In this document: positions 40,151-54,114 of the stretch, piece by piece
How the letters are laid out: every line of letters starts with the position of its first letter
Position numbering within the stretch: position 1 is the stretch's first letter
Assembly (NCBI GenBank): GCA_038087875.1
Contig: CM075994.1
Location: forward strand, 5,830,001-5,894,000
Reading direction: 5' to 3'
DNA length: 64,000 nt
DNA from: Malacoraja senta
Lineage: Eukaryota
Notes under the pieces: model-generated
What the model was told of the DNA's origin: nothing
What the model saw: only the letters and a program-made list of their open reading frames with translations
Databases searched by the model: none
Made by a program: the position numbers and the translations under genes

Positions 40151-41260
40151 ATTCATATAGAACACTTTAACTTCGGTATTCACCTTCCCTCTCACACCGG
40201 TCACCGTTGCCCCAGACCTTTCTCTCTTATCCCTTCTCGAACTTTCGTTCCCATTAAATCGGGGGTCTTTTGTAACTTTTCGTGTACTCACTTCCCCTTT
40301 AAATCCATCTTTATACTCCCAATTTGTCACCCCCCCCCTCCACCCCACTCCCCGCTATTTAGTTTAAACCCACATGTGAAGCACTTGAAAACCTACCTGC
40401 CGGAATGTTGGTCCCCCTCCAGTTAAGGTGTAACCCGTCCCTTCTGTACAGGTCACCCCTAACCCAGAAAAGTTCCCAGTGGTCTATAATTCTAAATCCC
40501 TGCACCATGCACCACCCCCCCTCCCCCAGCCACACATTCAGATGGCCTATCTCCCTGTTCCTGCCGTCACCAGCACGGGATACAGGAAGCAATCCAGAGA
40601 TATCCACGCTAGAAGTCCAAACTTTTCAGTCTACTTCCTAACTCTCTAAACTCATGTTGCACAGCCTCCTTCCTCTTCTCCCCGACGTCGTTTGTGCCCA
40701 CATGCTCAACTACTTCTGGCTGCTATCCTTCCCTCTCGAGTATGTTCTGACGTCGGTCCGAGACATCTTGATCCCTGGCATCAGGGAAGCAACGGACCAT
40801 CCTAGAGTCTCGCCTGCCGCCACAGAATCTCCTGTCCGCACCTCGGACAATGGAGTCATCCACCACTATGGCTCTGCCCGACGTCGGTCTAACCGGTCGA
40901 GTCTCATTGCTCAGATGGGAGCCACCGACTAGTCCGCCTCTCGGACTGGAAGCGTCTGCCCCCACCATTCCCAAGAGTGTGTACCTGTTTTCATTAAATA
41001 CAGCTACCGGGGTCTCCTGCACTCCACGTTTACTCACCTTTCTCACAGTAACCCATCTTCGCTCTTCTTCTATCCTTGGCGTGACAACCTCACTGAAGGT
41101 CTTGTCCAGGAAACTCTCCTTCTCCCGGATGGCCCCGGGGTCATCCAGCTGCTTCTCCAGTTCCCCAACAAATTTATTCAGGAGCTGCACCTGGACACAA
41201 TTTCTGCAGGTGTCCGGAAGCATCAACGGTATCCCTGATTTCCCACATCCTGCAGGAAAC
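40151..41260 (-). mobile_element. CR1 5' portion (ORF1 zinc-finger/coiled-coil plus SGNH esterase-like domain, start of ORF2)
   Basis: CRNCVQVQLL..ELEKQL, VVDDSIVRG and DGLHLN motifs, followed by EVKVFYMN. Confidence 0.85.
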
Positions 41261-43190
41261 ACACTGTACCGACTTGCCTGCCATTTATTCAGTGGGCAAA
41301 ATGTCGACAAGTTTAACCGAGTAGCAGACAGGAGATTCTCTGGCGGCAGAAGAGACGCGAGGATGGTCTGTTGCCTCCCTGGTGCCAGGGTTCAGGAAGT
41401 CACGAGCCGAATTCAGAACATCCTCGAGAGAGAAGGTGAACAGCCGGCAATAGTTGTGCACGTAGGCACAAACGACATCGGGCAGAAGAGGAAGGAGTTT
41501 CTCCAACATGTGTTCAGAGAGTTGGGAAGAAGACTCAAAGGCAGGATTTCAAGGGTGGTTATCTCTGGATTGTTTCCAGTACCTCGTGCTAGTGAGGACA
41601 GGAACAGGGAGATAGGGGATATGAATATGTGGCTGCGGGGCTGGTGCAGGGAGCAAGGGTTTAGATTTATAGACCACTGGGATCTCTTCTGGGGTAGGGG
41701 TGACCTGTACAAAAGGGATGGGTTACACCTTAACTGGCGGGGGACCGACATTCTGGCAGCCGCGTTTGCTAGGGCTACACGTGTGGATTTAAACTAAATA
41801 GTGGGGGGGGGGATTGACAAATTGGGTGTATAAAGATGGAGTTGAAGGGGAAGAGACTACAGGAAAAATTAAAAAACATTCTCGAATTAATGGGAAGGAA
41901 AGTTCGAGAAGGGATAAAAGAGTAAGGTCACGGCCAATTCGAGCGGTGCGAGGGGGGACGTGAATACGGAGGTCAAAGTGTTGTATATGAATGCGCAAAG
42001 TATAAGAAATAATGTGGACGAGCTGGAGGCTCATTTAGAAATAGGCAAGTATGATGTTGTGGGAATTACAGAGACATGGCTGCAAGAGGACCAGGCTGGG
42101 AACTGAATATTCAAGGGTATACCTCCTATCAAAGAGACAGACAGGTGGGCAGTTGGAGTGAAGTTGCTCTGTTGGTGAGGAATGAAATTCAGTTCCTTGC
42201 AAGGGGTGGACATTGAAACAGGAGATGTGGAGTCAGTATGGAGAGGACTAGGGAATTGTAAAGGTAAAAAATACCCCAATGGGACTTATCTACACGCCCC
42301 CAAACAGTAGCCTGATCATTGGGTGCAAGTTGAATCAGGAGTTAAAATTGGCCTGTGGCAACGGTAATGCTGTGGTTATTGTGGGAGCTTTCAACATGCA
42401 GGTAGACTGGAAAAATCAGGTTGGTACTGGACCCCAAGAAAGGGACTTTGTAGAGTTCCTTCGTGATGGATTCTTCGAGCAGCTTTTATTGGTGCCTACC
42501 AGGGAGAAGGCAATTCTGGATTTAGTATTATGTAATGAACCGGATTTGATAAAGCACCTCGAGGTTAATGATCAATTAGGAGGTAGTGACCATAACATGA
42601 GCATATGTAATCTACAATTGGAGAGAGAGAAGGGTAGATCGGAGATGTCAGTGTTACAGTTGAATAAAAAGGACTATTGGGCCATGAGGGAGGAGCTCGC
42701 CAAAGTTGACTGGAAAGATACACTAGCAGGCATGACAGTGGAACAAAAATGTCAGGTATTTCTATGAATAATACAGAAGGTGCAGGATCAGTTCATTCCT
42801 AGGAGGAAGAAAGAGTACAAGGGGAGTAAGGGGCGACCGTGGCTGACAAGGGACGTCAGGGACAGTACAAAAATAAAAGATAAGAAGTACAATGTAGCAA
42901 AGATGAGCGGGAAGCAAGAGGATTAGGTAATGTTTAAAGCGATAACTTAAAAGACAATACGGGGAGAAAAGATGAGGTACGAAGGGAAGCTGGCCAAGAA
43001 TATAAAGGAGAATAGTAAAAGTTTATTTAGGTATGTGAATAGATAAAAAATTAGTTAAGGCCAAAGTTGGACCCTTGAAGACCGAAAAAGGTGAATTTAT
43101 TATGGGGAACAAGGAAATGGCAGATGCGTTGAACAGGTACTTTGGATCTGTCTGCACTAAGGAGCACACAAACAATCTTCCTGATATAGT

Positions 43191-44070
43191 GTTAACGAAG
43201 GAACTGCAGATGCTGGAAAATCGAAGGTACACAAAAATGCTGGAGAAACTCAGCGGGTGCAGCAGCATCTATGGAGCGAAGGAAATAGGCAACGTTTCGG
43301 GCCGAAACCCTTCTTCAGACTGATAGGGGGTGGGGAGAAGAAAGGAAAAAAGGAAAAATGCGGAGGAGGAGCCTGAGGGCTGGGGGAGGGGAGGAGACAA
43401 CCAGAGGGCTGATGAAGGAGAGGGGACAGCAAGGGCTAGCAGAATTGGGAGAATTCAATTTTCAAGCCCCCAGGATGTAGACTGCCCAAGCGGAATATGA
43501 GGTGCATTTCCTCCAATTTACGGTGTTGCTCGCTGAGGCCATGGAGGAGACCCAGGAAAGAGAGGTCAGATACGGAATGGGAGGGGGAGTTGAAGTGCTG
43601 AACCGCTCGGTGAGACTAAGCGGAGGCTTGGCGATCGTTTCGCCGAACACCTCCGGTCGGTCCGCAATAACCAACATGACCTCCCGGTGGCTCAGCACTT
43701 CAACACCCCCTCCCATTCCGTATCTGACCTCTCTGTCCTGGATCTCCTCCATGGCCACAGCGAGCAACACCGTAAATTGGAGGAAATGCACCTCATATTC
43801 CGCTTGGGCAGTCTACATCCTGGGGGCTTGAACATTGAATTCTCCCAATTATGCTAGCCCTTGCTGTCCCCTCCCCTTCGTCAGCCCTCTGGTTGTCTCC
43901 TCCCCTCCCCCAGCCCTCAGGCTCCTCCTCCGCCTTTTTCCTTTTTTCCTTTCTTCTCCCCACCCCCTATCAGTCTGAAGAAGGGTTTCGGCCCGAAACG
44001 TTGCCTATTTCCTTCGCTCCATAGATGCTGCTGCACCCGCTGAGTTTCTCCAGCATTTTTGTGTACCTTC
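43191..44070 (+). mobile_element. Penelope-like insertion with inverted terminal repeat
   Basis: About 43223-43601 is the reverse complement of about 43692-44070. GIY-YIG C-terminal coding remnant GETKRRLGDRFAEHLRSVR...HFN. TSD CTGATATAGT at 43181-43190 and 44071-44080. Confidence 0.9.
43973..44005 (+). ncRNA. Minimal hammerhead-ribozyme-like core in the Penelope terminus (mirror copy on the minus strand at 43288-43320)
   Basis: CTGAAGA - a GGGT(TTCG)GCCC - GAAAC GTT: core boxes, a capped stem II and a palindromic stem III; stem I pairing is poor. Confidence 0.5.
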
Positions 44071-46325
44071 CTGATATAGTAGTGACCAGAGGATCTAGGG
44101 TGACGGAGGAACTGAAGGAAATCCACATTCGGCAGGAAATGGTGTAGAGTAGACTGATGGGACTGAAGGCTGATAAATCCCCATGGCCTGATGGTCTGCA
44201 TCCCAGGGTACTTAAGGAAGTGGCTCCAGAAATCGTGAATGCATTGGTGATACTTTTCCAATGTTCTATAGACTTAGGATCAGTTCTCGTGGATTGGTGG
44301 GTAGCTAATGTTATCGCACTTTTTAAGAAAGGCGGGAGAGAGAAAACAGGGAATTATAGACCAGTTAGCCTGACATCGGTGGTGGGGAAGATGCTGGAGT
44401 CAATTATAAGGATGCATGGAGTTACGAAGGGCAAATCATGTTTGACTAATCTTCTGGAATTTTTTGAAAATGTAACAAGAAAATGGACAAGGGAGAGCCA
44501 GTGGATGTAGTGTACCCTGACTTTCACAAAGCATTTGATAAGGTCCCACATAGGAAATTAGTGGGCAACATTAGGGCACATGGTGTTGGGGGTAGATTGC
44601 TGACGTGGATAGAATTTTTTTTGGCAGACAGGAAACAAAGAGTAGGGATGAACGGGTCCCATTCAGAATGGCAGGCATTGACTAGTGGGGTTCCGCAAGG
44701 CTCGGTGCTGGGACCGCAGCTATTTACAATATACATCAATTATTTGGATGAAGGGATTTAAAGGAACATTAGCAAATTTGCAGATGACACAAAGCTGGGT
44801 GGCAGTGTGAACTGTGAGGAGGATGCTATGAGAATGCAGGGTGACTTGGACAGGTTGGGGGAGTGGTCAGATGCATGGCAGGTGAAGTTTAATGTGGATA
44901 AATGTGAGGTTATCCACTTTGGTATAAAAAACAGGAAGGCAGATTACTATCTAAATGGCGTCAGGTTGGGAAAAGGGGTAGCACAACGGGTTCTGGGGGG
45001 TCGTTGTTCATCAGTCTGTGAAAGCAAGCATGCAGGTGCAGCAGGCAGTGAAAAAAGCGAATGGCATGTTGGCCTTTATAACAAGAGGAGTCGAGTATAG
45101 GAGGAAAGAGGTCCTTCTGCAGTTGTACAGAGCCCTAGAAAGACCACACCTGGAGTATTGTGTGCAGTTTTGGTCCCCTAATTTGAGGAAGGATATTCTT
45201 GCTATTGAGGGAGTGCAGCGTAGGTTTACAAGGTTAATTCCCGGGATGGTGGGACTGTCATATGCTGAGAGAATGGAGCAGCTGGGCTTGTATACTCTGG
45301 AGTTTAGAAGGATGAGAGGAAATCTCATTGAAACATATAAGATTGTTAAGGGCTTGGACACGCTAGAGGCAGGAAACATGTTCCTGATGTTGGGTAAGTC
45401 CAGAACCAAGGGCCACAGTTTAAGAATAAGGGATAAGGCATTTAGTACGGAGACGAGGAAACACTTTTTCTCACAGAGAGTTGCGAGTCTGTGGAATTCT
45501 CTCCCTCAGAGGGCGGTGGAGGCAGGTTCTCTGGATGCTTTCAAGAGAGAGCTAGATCGGGCTCTTAATGATAGCGGAGTCAGGGGATATGGGGAGAAGG
45601 CAGGAACGGGGTACTGATTTGGGATGAGCAGCCATGATCACATTGAATGGCGTTCTGGCTCGAAGGGCCGAATGGCCTACTCCTGCACCTATTGACTATT
45701 GTCTATTGTCTTTTGCCTCAGCCTTCTCGCCGAAGATTCACACTGTACTCACCAAGGAAGTCTCTCAAGCCAAAGTCTCGAACTTTACTCACCAAGCACT
45801 TCACCTCAACAACGCCGCTCCCCATCAGGCCGCTTCCCCTAGAGCAAGCACTACTTTTATTTGCTGTTCAAGGCTAACTTCTGCAGCCAACCCCCTCGCT
45901 CCTTCACTTTGGCTGATATATAACAATTAGTTGATCAATTATGCTTACTTTCGTGGAATTAGTGATCGTCACTGGCCTTCTGACCATTCCTTCTGCCAAC
46001 TAACATCTGTTTTCAAATTTTTTTGGTCTTGCTTCCCACTATATCGACTGGCATTTGTCTATTTCTTTATCCGCCTTTGCGATTATCGCAGAATCTAAAA
46101 TCAAAACCAAACATTTCTTCATTCCTCTGTAGTATATACAAATCTCACACAATATTAATTTGCTTTTGGAGATAGCTGAAATACCTGTGTACATTCCCAG
46201 TATCCCTTTAAAATACCATAATACTTCTTTTACGGTGATCAATTTGACACCTTTCTGTGGCATTTTGACAGTCACAGTGTCCGACGATGCCTTAGCTTTA
46301 ATCAATTGAAACGAAAGAGTAATAT

Positions 46326-48286
46326 TTGGAAAGAGCCATGGTTTTCAAGGGAAATTGGACACTTGGTTCGGAAAAAGAGAGGGATCTACACTAATTATAG
46401 GCAGCATGGAGTAAATGAGGTGCTTCAGGAGTATAAAGAATGTAAAAAGAATCTTAAGAAATAAATTAGAAAAGCTAAATGAAGATATGAGGTTGCTTTG
46501 GCAAGTAAGGTGAAAGTAAATCCAGAGGGTTTCTACAGCTATATTAATAGCAAAAGGATAACGAGGGATAAAATTGGTCCATTAGAGAGTCAGAGTGGAG
46601 AGCTATCAGCAGAGCCAAAAAACATGGGGGAGATATTGAACAATTTGTTTTCTTCGGTATTCACCAAGTATATTGAATTATGTGAGGTAAAGGAAACAAG
46701 TAGAGTAGCTAGGGAAACTATGAGGATCAAGAAGAGGAAGTATTGACACTTTTGAAAAATATAAAAGTGGATAAGTCTCCAGATCCTGACAGGGTATTCC
46801 CTAGGACATTGAGTGTATAAATAGCAGGGGCTATGACATAAATATTTCAAATGTCATTAGAAAAGGGAATGGTGCCGGAGGATTGGCGTACTGCGCATGT
46901 TGATCCATTGTTTAAAAAGGGCTCTAAGAGTAAACCTAGCAATTATAGACCTGTTAGTTTGACGTCAGTGGTGGGAAAATTAATGCAAAGGATACTTAGA
47001 GATAATATATATAATCATCTGGATAAACAGGGTCTGATTAGGAACAGTCAACATGGATCTGTGCCTGGAAGGTCATGTTTGACTAATCCTCTTGAATTTT
47101 TTGAAGAGGTTACTAGGGAAATTGATGAGGGTAAAGCGGTGGATGTAGTGTATATGGACTTCAGTATGGCCTTTGACAAGGTTCCACATGGAAGGTTGGT
47201 TAAGAAGTTCAATTGTTGAGTATTAATAGTGGAGTAGCAAGATGGATTCAACAGTGGGAGATACCAGAGAGTAAAGGTGGATGGGAGATACCAGAGAGTA
47301 AAGGTGGATGGCTGTTTGTCAGGGTGGAGGCTGGTGACTAGTGGGGTGCCTCAGGGATCTGTGTTGGGTCCACTGTTGTTTGTCATATACATCAATGATC
47401 TGGATGATGGTGTGGTAAATTGGATTAGTAAGTATGCAGATGATACTAAGATAGCTGGTGTTCTGGATAATGAACTAGATTTTCAAAGTCTACAGAGAGA
47501 TTTAGGCCATTTGGAAGAGTGGGCGTACATGGTAAATGGTAGCGAATTGAGGAATGCAGTTGAACAGATGGATCTCGGAATAATTGTGCATAGTTCCCTG
47601 AAGGTGGAATCTGATGTAGATAGGGTGGTAAAGAAAGCTTTTGGTGTGCTGGCCTTTATAAATCAGAGCATTGAATATAGAAGTTGAGATGTAATGTTAA
47701 AAGTGTACAAGGCATTGGTGAGGCCAATTCTGGAGTATGGTGTACAATTTTGTTCGCCAAATTATAGGAAAGATGTCAACAAAATAGCGAGAGTACAGAG
47801 GAGATTTACCAGAATGTTGCCTGGGTTTCAGCACCTAAGTTACAGAGAAAGGTTGAACAAGATACGTCTTTATTCTTTGGAGCGCAGACGGTTAAGGGGG
47901 GACTTGATAGAGGTCTTTAAAATTATGACAAGGATAGACAGAGTTGACGTGGATAAGATTTTTTCCATTGAGAGTAAGGTAGATTCAAACAAGGGGACAT
48001 GATTTGAGAATTAAGGGACAAAAGTTTAGGGGTAACATGAGAGGGAACTTCTTTACTCAGAGAGTGGTAGCTGTGTGGAATGAGCTTCCAGTGGAAGTGG
48101 TGTAGGCAGGCTCGATTTTATCATTTAGAAATAAATTCGATAGGTATATGGACGGGAAAAGAATGGAGGGTTATGGTCTGAGTGCAGGTAGATGGGACTA
48201 GGTGAGAGTAAGTGTTCGGCACGGTCTAGAAGGGCCGAGATGGCCTGTTTCCCTGCTGTAATTGTTATATGGTTATATATGGTTAT
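46326..48286 (+). mobile_element. Decayed CR1, (TTATATGG)n-tail subfamily
   Basis: RT fragments 46498-48002; 27-bp tandem duplication at 47255-47308; tail at about 48265-48286. Confidence 0.92.
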
Positions 48287-48358
48287 AATCAGATGTTATA
48301 ATAAAATACAAGAACGCGTATCAGAAGTCTTCAATTAACCTATTATGTTCATTTCCAG

Positions 48359-48394
48359 AAATCAAGAAATTGGGGGGGAAAATAGCTGATTTGG
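48359..48394 (+). CDS. Microexon 18 (36 nt, EIKKLGGKIADL)
   Basis: atgttcatttccAG|AAATCAAGAAATTGGGGGGGAAAATAGCTGATTTGG|GTttgt. Confidence 0.83.
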
Positions 48395-48583
48395 GTTTGT
48401 ACAACTTTAGCCGTGTGCCAAAACGATGAAGTATAGCATGCCCGAAAAAGATGCTTCGACATTTTTGGAATGATATAGAATTATGGTGCGCGCATCCTTT
48501 CATATTTAAAGCCAATCCAGTAATATATTAATATTCATGCAATATCTGCGGAGTGTGACCCTATTCGAGTGATTTACTAAATT

Positions 48584-50288
48584 ATAACCATATAATATAA
48601 CCATATAGCAATTACAGCACGGAAACAGGCCATCTCGACCCTTCTAGCCCGTGCCGAAAACGTATTCTCCCCTAGTCCCATATACCTGCGCTCAGACCAT
48701 AACCCTCCATTCCTTTCCCGTCCATATAACTATCCAATTTATTTTTAAATGATAAAAACGAACCTGCCACCACCACCTTCACTGGAAGCTCATTCCACAT
48801 AGCCACCACTCTGTGAGTAAAGAAGTTCCCCCTCATGTTACCCCTAAACTTCTGTCCCTTAATTCTCAAGTCATGTTCTCTTGTTTGAATCTTCCCTACT
48901 CAAAATGGGAAACGCTTATCCACGTCAACTCTGTCTATCCCTCTCATCATTTTAAAGACCTCTATCAAGTCCCCCCTTAACCTTCTGCGCTCCAAAGAAT
49001 AAAGCCCTAACTTGTTTAACCTTTCTCTGTAACTTAGTTGTTGAAACCCAGGCAACATTCTAGTGAATCTCCTCTGTACTCTCTCTATTTTGTTGACATC
49101 CTTCCTATAATTAGGCGACCAAAATTGTACACCATACTCCAGAATTGGCCTCACCAATGCCTTGTACAATTTTAACATTACATCCCAACTTCTATACTCA
49201 ATGCTCTGATTTATAAAAGCCAGCACACCAAAAGCTTTCATTACCACCCTAGCTACAGGAGATTCCACTTTCAGGGAACTGTGCACAGTTATTCCAAGAT
49301 CCCTCTGTTCACCTGCATTCTTCAATTCCCTACCATTTACCATGTACGTCCTATTTTGATTTGTCCTGCCAAGATGTAGCACCTCACACTTATCAGCATC
49401 CTTTCCATTAATTTGCCCACCACTGACGTCAAACTAACAGGTCTATAATTGCTAGGTTTACTCTTAGACCCCTTTTTAAACAATGGAACAACATGCGCAG
49501 TACGCCAATCCTCCGGCACTATTGCCGTTTCCAATGACATTTGAAATATTTCTGTCATAGCCCCTGCTATTTCTACACTAACTTCCCTCAATGTCCTAGG
49601 GAATATCCTGTCAGGACCTGGAGACTTATCCACTTTTATATTTCTCAAAAGTGTCAGTACTTCCTCTTCTTTGAATCTCATAGTTTCCATAGCTACTCTA
49701 CTTGTTTCCCTTACCTCACATAATTCAATATCCTTCTCCTTGGTGAATACCGAAGAAAATAAATTGTTCAATATCTCCACCATCTCTTTTGGCTCTGCAG
49801 ATACCTGTCCACTCTGACTCTCTAATGGACCAATTTTATCCCTCGTTATCCTTTTGCTATTAATATAGCTGTAGAAACCCTTTAGATTTACTTTCACCTT
49901 ATTTGCCAAAGCAACCTCATATCTTCTTTTAGCTTTTCTAATTTCTTTCTTAAGACTCTTTTTACATTTTTTATACTCCTCAAGCACCTCATTTACTCCA
50001 TGCTACCTATAATTATTTTAGATCTCTCTCTTTTTCCGAACTGTGTCCAATTTCCCTTGAAAACCATGGCTCTTTCCAATATTTACTATTTCCTTTCAAC
50101 CGAACAGGGACATAAAGATTCTGTACTCTTAAAATTTCTCCTTTAAATGTCCTCCATTTCTCTTCCACATCTTTCCCATAAACCAAACTGTCCCAATTTA
50201 CTCCTTTTAAATCCTTTCGCAAATTAGCCTTTCTCCAATCAAAAATCTGAACCCTAGGTCCAGTTCTGACCCTCTCCATAATTATATT
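48584..50288 (-). mobile_element. CR1 of the same subfamily in opposite orientation, with most of the RT deleted
   Basis: ORFs 49337-49987, 48900-49382 and 48672-48869; deletion junction near 49400. Confidence 0.92.
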
Positions 50289-50653
50289 ATCGCTCTGAGT
50301 TTTGTTCATGTTCCCAAATATGTTGTCGATTTACATTTTTTAAGATCACAAATAATTCATTTGTTCTTTGCCGGGCATTTCCAAATGTGCGAATCCAATC
50401 GTCTGCATGATTACGGCAGATAAAGCAATCGGGTGTACACCATCACTTGATATATTCTGCATCTGGAATCTGTCAAGGATCACCGTCCACTGCCTCCACC
50501 CGATGGCAATGCATGTATAGGGTGCGAGTCGTTTATGTCGATGGCCTTCCATTGCCATGGGCAGGCGGTGTGCACTCGGCGGCAAGAATGCCTCGGCCCG
50601 CATCTTGAATCCATGTTCCTGGAATAACTTGACCGGCTTGAAGAGCTGCTAAA

Positions 50654-50875
50654 TGTGTAGGAAGGAACTGAAGATGCTGGTTTAAACCGAAGACAGACAA
50701 AAAAAGCTGGAGTAACTCGGCGGGACAGGCAGCATCTCTGGAGAGAAAGAATGGATGATGATTCGGGTCGAGACACTTTATCAGAAGAAGGGCCTCGACC
50801 TGAAACGTCACCCATTCCTTCTCTCCAGATATGTTGTTGTCCCGCTGAGTTGCTCCAGCTTTTTGTGTATATCTT
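50654..50875. mobile_element. Short palindromic Penelope-derived repeat
   Basis: Same terminus as 5976-6145, with inverted arms around a degenerate hammerhead-like core. Confidence 0.75.
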
Positions 50876-51323
50876 GAACTGCTGCTATTTCCGGCAACAG
50901 ATGAGAACTTACGTTCCCTGATACTTTACAATAATTGTAACTAGCCCAGCATTTGAAAACGAATTTTGTTAATTCAAAACAAGTAGGTGATTGGAAAGAT
51001 TTTAAAAAATACAATTTATTGATACATTCTAGAGTTATCTTCAAATTCGTTATACTTTCATTCCAAAGTTAAGGAGTACAAAATAATGATGTCATTTCGC
51101 ATTCTATCGACATGCACTTTCCGATTGAAATGAATGCAATCTTGGATCCTAAGCCAGCTCGCTTCATATGGGTAAGATAAGTTGTGTCACTTTCCAGTGT
51201 AAGTCTATTGACCTACATCATAGATCATTGGTGAAGGTGATAACCCACACGGCGTCTATTGCCTAACAACTTAAAATATTGTACAAATTCGGCACCAATA
51301 TCTTAATTTCTCTTTTTCTTTAG

Positions 51324-51347
51324 AGGCAGGCGGTAGCATCATTTCCG
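51324..51347 (+). CDS. Microexon 19 (24 nt, EAGGSIIS)
   Basis: tttctctttttctttAG|AGGCAGGCGGTAGCATCATTTCCG|GTaatt; atypical length and composition. Confidence 0.65.
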
Positions 51348-53915
51348 GTAATTTTTAAGCCAAATGTGATAGTCAATTACGTTCATGAAAAATGTCATGC
51401 GCATACAATATTACTGAAATTTTAATTTTAATTCCATATCTGGTTACTTATATAATGCGTGTAAAAAACCAATTGAGCTGCACATTTATCCAGGACCGAA
51501 TTAGTTGCAACGAACAAAATACAGTGTACGTTGGAGTCACTTAAACAACGTGGCAAATATGCTGGCGAGCTGCAAAAATATTCGTCTGACGTCTTGTCAG
51601 TAACAGAACATCCGCCACAGGAAGCAGGAAATTGGGGACGTAAAATTCATAAGATATATCTTAAAGAAGAGAGCGAAGAGGTCGATTCTGGAATAGTTCA
51701 CATGTCATTGTGAACTATTCCAGAAAAATTAAGCAAACCGAAAAGAATCGAAATCATTCTTTATCGAGTAAAAATAATTTCCTCTTTAAATATATATCTT
51801 TAACCACCCATTTGTTCCAAGAAAATGCTAAAAGCAAATGTCAGAAATGTTGAATATGATATGCTGTAATCTGAGTGGTAAACGCAATAGCGAAAGCAGG
51901 GAAGTTTCTGCAATATATACGAGAATTCCATTGAATTCCATTGGGAAATGCGTGTGGACACCGTGCTAGGTGTGACCTGGAGAATTTAATGCCCAAGTTT
52001 TAACATCAGATTTACTCGTTCCCTATCTACATTGCATAGTGGTCGCCCAGAGTTGGAATATAGATTTAACAATACCATTATCTTTGGGCATATGTGCACC
52101 CTGCTTGATACAATCAAGATCTTGCAGAATGTACTAAAAATAAACTGTAGATGCTTGCTTAAACCACAGATAGACACGAAATGCAGTAATAACTCAGCAA
52201 GCCAGGGAAAATGATAGGTGATTTTTCGGGTCGGGGAAGTTTTTCCAACTGATTGTGGGTGGGGTTGCGGTTGAGACTGGAAGCAAGAATAGACCAGGAC
52301 ATCAAACGGAGTTTTTCTGATAAGCGATTATTGTCAAGGAACGGTGTGATACCGAGAGATATATTGTAGCGAACAGTGGAACTGGTTAACTGACCTTCAG
52401 TGAAGAAGGGGGCAAGAGTGAGGAGAGCGATAGCTGCACTCCGTTTAGGCACCCCGGCAGTACTTCCAGGTGAGACAGAGGTTTTTATGCACCACCTCCG
52501 ATCTTATTGTCGAGGTAAGGGGAGGATTTATAAGCTCTACCTGTAATAAAATATTATAACCTTATAAGCTCCAGCAGTAGTAGAAAGAAGGCTCAGCTGG
52601 TACGACCAGTAGTGATTCCATGGAGTGGAGATGTCCTACGATTCGCTACCGTTTAAGTGCATAATTGTCATCTTGTGTCTGACCTGAATGGCACATTCCG
52701 TAAGCTGACATTGTGTCCGTAGGCTATAGACGCCCTAGTCAACATACGTTTCAGCTTCAAAGTACCACGCCAAGCGCCATATCACCCAAATTTATATTCC
52801 TGCGTCTATTCGGTGTGTTTTCCAATTTCAATACTTTTTCATTATTTGCCAATCCGCCCTTACGTCAATGAGTTCGAGATATTCCAGAAAATGTTGAGAA
52901 AAATGTCATCGCTTTGAGGCTACTAATGCTATCAGAAATCCATCAAGGCTACCGCCACCCATATACCACGTCGCCACACAAGCATCATTTACAGTTTTCA
53001 TGTGCTGTTATGTGATTGCGTTCAACTAATATCCAGTTACGAACATTTATTGTTCGTAATAAATCAATACATTTCACGTGTTATGAGCGGGTCCCCATTT
53101 CCATTTGTGATGGTTTCTATTCAAATCAATCGATTTTAGAAATAGAAAGATATAGGGAGAATAAAAAAGTTTTTAGGACGTTTGTTCACCTGTATGCACC
53201 AACTATTGAGTTCGTAAACAATTACAAAGTTATTCCCATGTTCTTCCAATTCACCAGTCCGTTGAATCGAAATCCGGCAGGAGCTGTGGAGTAAAGATCA
53301 AATGGGGAAAAAGCATTATTTCGAAATTTTGTAAAATGACTTAAGACGCCGTGTGTTATGTCATTTACGAGTGGAAAACAAAGTGCATACCATTGCAAGA
53401 TTAATATTATTGTACCCTCATAATGCTATTCTTCAGAAGTCCGTATAAATAATCACCTAGACGTTCCCTACTACATTTTTAAATGAACATGGTAATTTGA
53501 CAATGATTAGACCAGAGAGCTTGCAGTAATACATCGCGCATGGATCAACAATTATCGACACTTCCTTTCTCATAACAAACAGCAGATTGGATTAATCGTA
53601 AATGTAAAATAATGTTATTGTTTGGTTCCATAAAAAAAAACAATTTTAGATGTTGAAAGATACGCAGCTGAAATATCAGGAATATACGCTCTGTCTGTAA
53701 ATCATAAAGAACTACTTTTCATTTGTGTATTTTTTTTGTAAATGTTGGCAGGCGTACCAGTTCGGAAAAAAGGGTACATTTTATAATTAAAATCCAAAAT
53801 AATGTTTGAATTAAATTATTTGAGCAGTAAGCCAGCTTGTACCCACAGACCACTTACTAGATGAATATGCATGACTGTCTACATCTGTCGCCTCTCACTC
53901 ACTCCACACACCAAC

Positions 53916-54114
<199 letters not shown>

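Larger units (their letters stand above)
41315..45711 (+). mobile_element. Decayed CR1 LINE (ORF1 esterase half plus ORF2) containing a Penelope insertion
   Basis: VHVGTND and DGLHLN in ORF1; endonuclease and RT fragments at 42000-45617; (CTATTGT)n tail. Confidence 0.92.

Noticed and set aside
40850..41797. 315-aa ORF that looks like a novel esterase-domain protein
   Set aside because: Chimera of the antisense strand of one CR1 ORF1 running into the sense ORF1 of a second CR1.
40151..42000. Head-to-head CR1 ORF1 pair as a single twin-primed (5'-inverted) insertion
   Set aside because: The two parts overlap in CR1 coordinates and differ substantially (e.g. RMVRCFPDARDQDV vs RMVCCLPGARVQEV), which favours independent insertions.
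51724..51767. Candidate exon EKLSKPKRIEIILYR
   Set aside because: 44 nt, phase 1 to 0; incompatible with the downstream phase-1 exons.
53752..53773. Candidate microexon (ggcAG|GCGTACC...AAAGG|GTacat)
   Set aside because: 22 nt and asymmetric, with no compensating exon at a plausible intron distance.
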